Source: an uncultured Sphingomonas sp.
GTDB taxonomy: Bacteria; Pseudomonadota; Alphaproteobacteria; Sphingomonadales; Sphingomonadaceae
DNA: 64,000 bases
Direction of reading: 5' to 3'
NCBI RefSeq assembly: GCF_913777625.1
Contig: NZ_CAJYTI010000010.1
Span: forward strand, 175,095-239,094
The notes beneath the pieces were generated by a model that was not told the origin of the DNA, made no database searches, and was given only the letters and a program-made list of their open reading frames with translations. Shown piece after piece: positions 62,429 through 64,000 of this stretch; position 1 is the stretch's first letter; each line of letters begins with the position of its first letter. The translations under genes and the position numbers were made by a program.

Positions 62429-62739
62429 AGAAGGTCTCCGGTATCAATGCCGACCGCCGCTGCGAGCTGGCAACGGTTCACACGATCGGTGAAGGCAGTG
62501 CTGGGGTTGAGGATGGTGAAGGCCTTGCCGAGCTTTTCGGCTTCCGCCTTGGCTGCGACGAGCAACTGGAGGACCGCCTGGCCAACGCTTTCGACCTGCG
62601 AGGCATCCACCTCGACCGGGCCGTCGCCGTCGACCGCCTGGATCAGGCGGGTCTGAAGATCCGCGGCCGTCACGGTCGAACCGTGCGCGGGGAGCGCGAC
62701 AGCGCCCTCGGCCTCAAGCGGTTGCAGGGGAATTTCCAT
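62425..62739 (-). CDS. STAS-domain chemotaxis protein (CheS / Caulobacter CheX-like)
   Basis: VEVDASQVESVGQAVLQLLVAA STAS pattern directly before cheY1-cheA. Confidence 0.8.
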   Translation of the reverse strand: MEIPLQPLEAEGAVALPAHGSTVTAADLQTRLIQAVDGDGPVEVDASQVESVGQAVLQLLVAAKAEAEKLGKAFTILNPSTAFTDRVNRCQLAAAVGIDTGDLL

Positions 62740-63598
62740 TCTTGGCCTCGTCGAGAGCGGATTCGAGTTGCTGGAAGGTCGGCGCGTACGCGGAAGGCGT
62801 CATGCGACGGGCGATCTCGATCGCGACCTGCACCGGCTGGTTCTGGGCGTAGGCGACGATCGCGGTCTTGATGATGGTGAAGGGCTTGGAGTCGCCCTCG
62901 ATGGTCTCCAGCAGCTTGGTGGCGAGCGGCGCGACCACGCAGTAGGAGAGCAGCACGCCCATGAAGGTACCGACCAGCGCGCCGCCGATCATCGCGCCGA
63001 GGATTTCGGTCGGCTGATCGATCGAGCCCATGGTCTTGATGACGCCGAGCACCGCGGCGACGATGCCGATGGCGGGAAGGCCGTCGGCCATCAGCTGCAG
63101 GGCGTGCTGCGGATGGGTTTCTTCATGGTGGTGCTTCTCGATGTCCGCTTCCATCGCTGCTTCCAGCTGGTGCGGATCCTCGAAGTTCACCGTCATCATC
63201 CGCAGATAGTCGCAGAGAAACTCGATCAGATGGTGATCGGCGAGCAGCCGCGGATAGGGCTTGAAGATGTCGCTTTCCTCGGGCTTGTCGAGGTGCGGTT
63301 CGATGCCGGTCGCGCCGCTCTTCTTGAACAGCGAGAGCAGGGTGAACATCAGCGTCAGCAGGTCGGTATAGTCGCTGGCCTTCCAGCGGCCGCCCTTGAA
63401 CGCGCGCATCAGGCCGGCGCCGGCCTTCTTCACCGTCGGCATCGAATTGCCGACGATGAAGGCGCCGATCGCGGCGCCGCCGATGGCCATCAGCTCGTGC
63501 GGCAGCGCCTCGGCAATAATCCCGAACTTGCCGCCCGACATGATGAAACTGCCGAACACGCAACCGAGAATGATGACGAAACCAACGGCGTTCAGCAT
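62714..63598 (-). CDS. motA: Stator protein MotA
   Basis: PHELMAIGGAAIG, ADGLPAIGIVAAVLGVI, GGALVGTFMG. Confidence 0.96.
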   Translation of the reverse strand: MLNAVGFVIILGCVFGSFIMSGGKFGIIAEALPHELMAIGGAAIGAFIVGNSMPTVKKAGAGLMRAFKGGRWKASDYTDLLTLMFTLLSLFKKSGATGIEPHLDKPEESDIFKPYPRLLADHHLIEFLCDYLRMMTVNFEDPHQLEAAMEADIEKHHHEETHPQHALQLMADGLPAIGIVAAVLGVIKTMGSIDQPTEILGAMIGGALVGTFMGVLLSYCVVAPLATKLLETIEGDSKPFTIIKTAIVAYAQNQPVQVAIEIARRMTPSAYAPTFQQLESALDEAKNGNSPATA

Positions 63599-63633
63599 GA
63601 CGAGCCTAAATTCTTTCCCTGGATGTTTCCAGA

Positions 63634-63642
63634 ATTATAGGA
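63634..63642 (-). promoter_or_regulatory. TYCTATAA -10-like motif
   Basis: Minus-strand TCCTATAAT 35 nt upstream of the motA ATG. Confidence 0.55.
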
Positions 63643-63691
63643 TGGTTTCCGTTCCCACCGGGTGCTTCGGGGATAATGCTTAGGTCCCCGT

Positions 63692-64000
63692 TCACCGCAC
63701 GCCGGGAGCATGCACCAGCGAGGGTTGCGGAACCGTTTCCAAGACGGCGGTTTCGCGGCGTGCAATCGGCCGGAAGACCAGCTGCAGTACCATCGGGCGA
63801 TCGTCGACCCTGGGCGGCGGCGGGACCATCATGAAGGCGAATTCGTTGTCGCAATGGAACAGGTTCGGGGCGACCTGGTGCATCCCTTCCAGCGAAGGCC
63901 GAGCGACCACTTCCTCCGCGCCCGATCGCTGCAGCTCGGCAAGGAAGCGGTCGACGGGCAGGAAGGTCGCGCTTTCGATCTGGACCCAATCGAACAACTG
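63692..64000 (-). CDS. Hypothetical protein, probably truncated by the window end
   Basis: Open frame from the window edge to the stop at 63692; no family recognised. Confidence 0.5.
   Translation of the reverse strand, partial: QLFDWVQIESATFLPVDRFLAELQRSGAEEVVARPSLEGMHQVAPNLFHCDNEFAFMMVPPPPRVDDRPMVLQLVFRPIARRETAVLETVPQPSLVHAPGVR

Overview
High-GC alphaproteobacterial chromosome segment, most likely a sphingomonad (inferred from gene content and PEPxxWA-CTERM proteins). 1-4.0 kb holds Weimberg-type xylose genes (xylD-like fragment, TetR, xylC-xylB-xylX with a XylR-like operator). 4.0-6.2 kb holds an actinobacterial-type thymidylate kinase and a lower-GC esterase islet. About 6.3-64 kb is a large Caulobacter-like (alpha-type) flagellar/chemotaxis cluster, interrupted by a housekeeping block (aspartyl protease-TPR, udg, folK, tRNA-Lys, TonB-dependent receptor, diguanylate cyclase) and by accessory genes (Tat-exported deacetylase, polyQ lipoprotein, catalase-like protein, two PEP-CTERM proteins). 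The most striking signal is regulatory. The FlbD homologue keeps its HTH but has a degenerate sigma54-activation core (GAFPGA, Walker B LIRE). An unusual group-3 sigma70-family factor sits at the cluster edge. Eleven transcription units carry an upstream TYCTATAA motif, several next to ftr-like GGCA-N5-TGCC palindromes and CtrA-like boxes, and I found no canonical sigma54 promoter by eye. Together these suggest a flagellar regulon rewired to be sigma54-independent (inference). A candidate C-loop sRNA lies downstream of flgD. All family calls are by motif recognition and recall, not database search.
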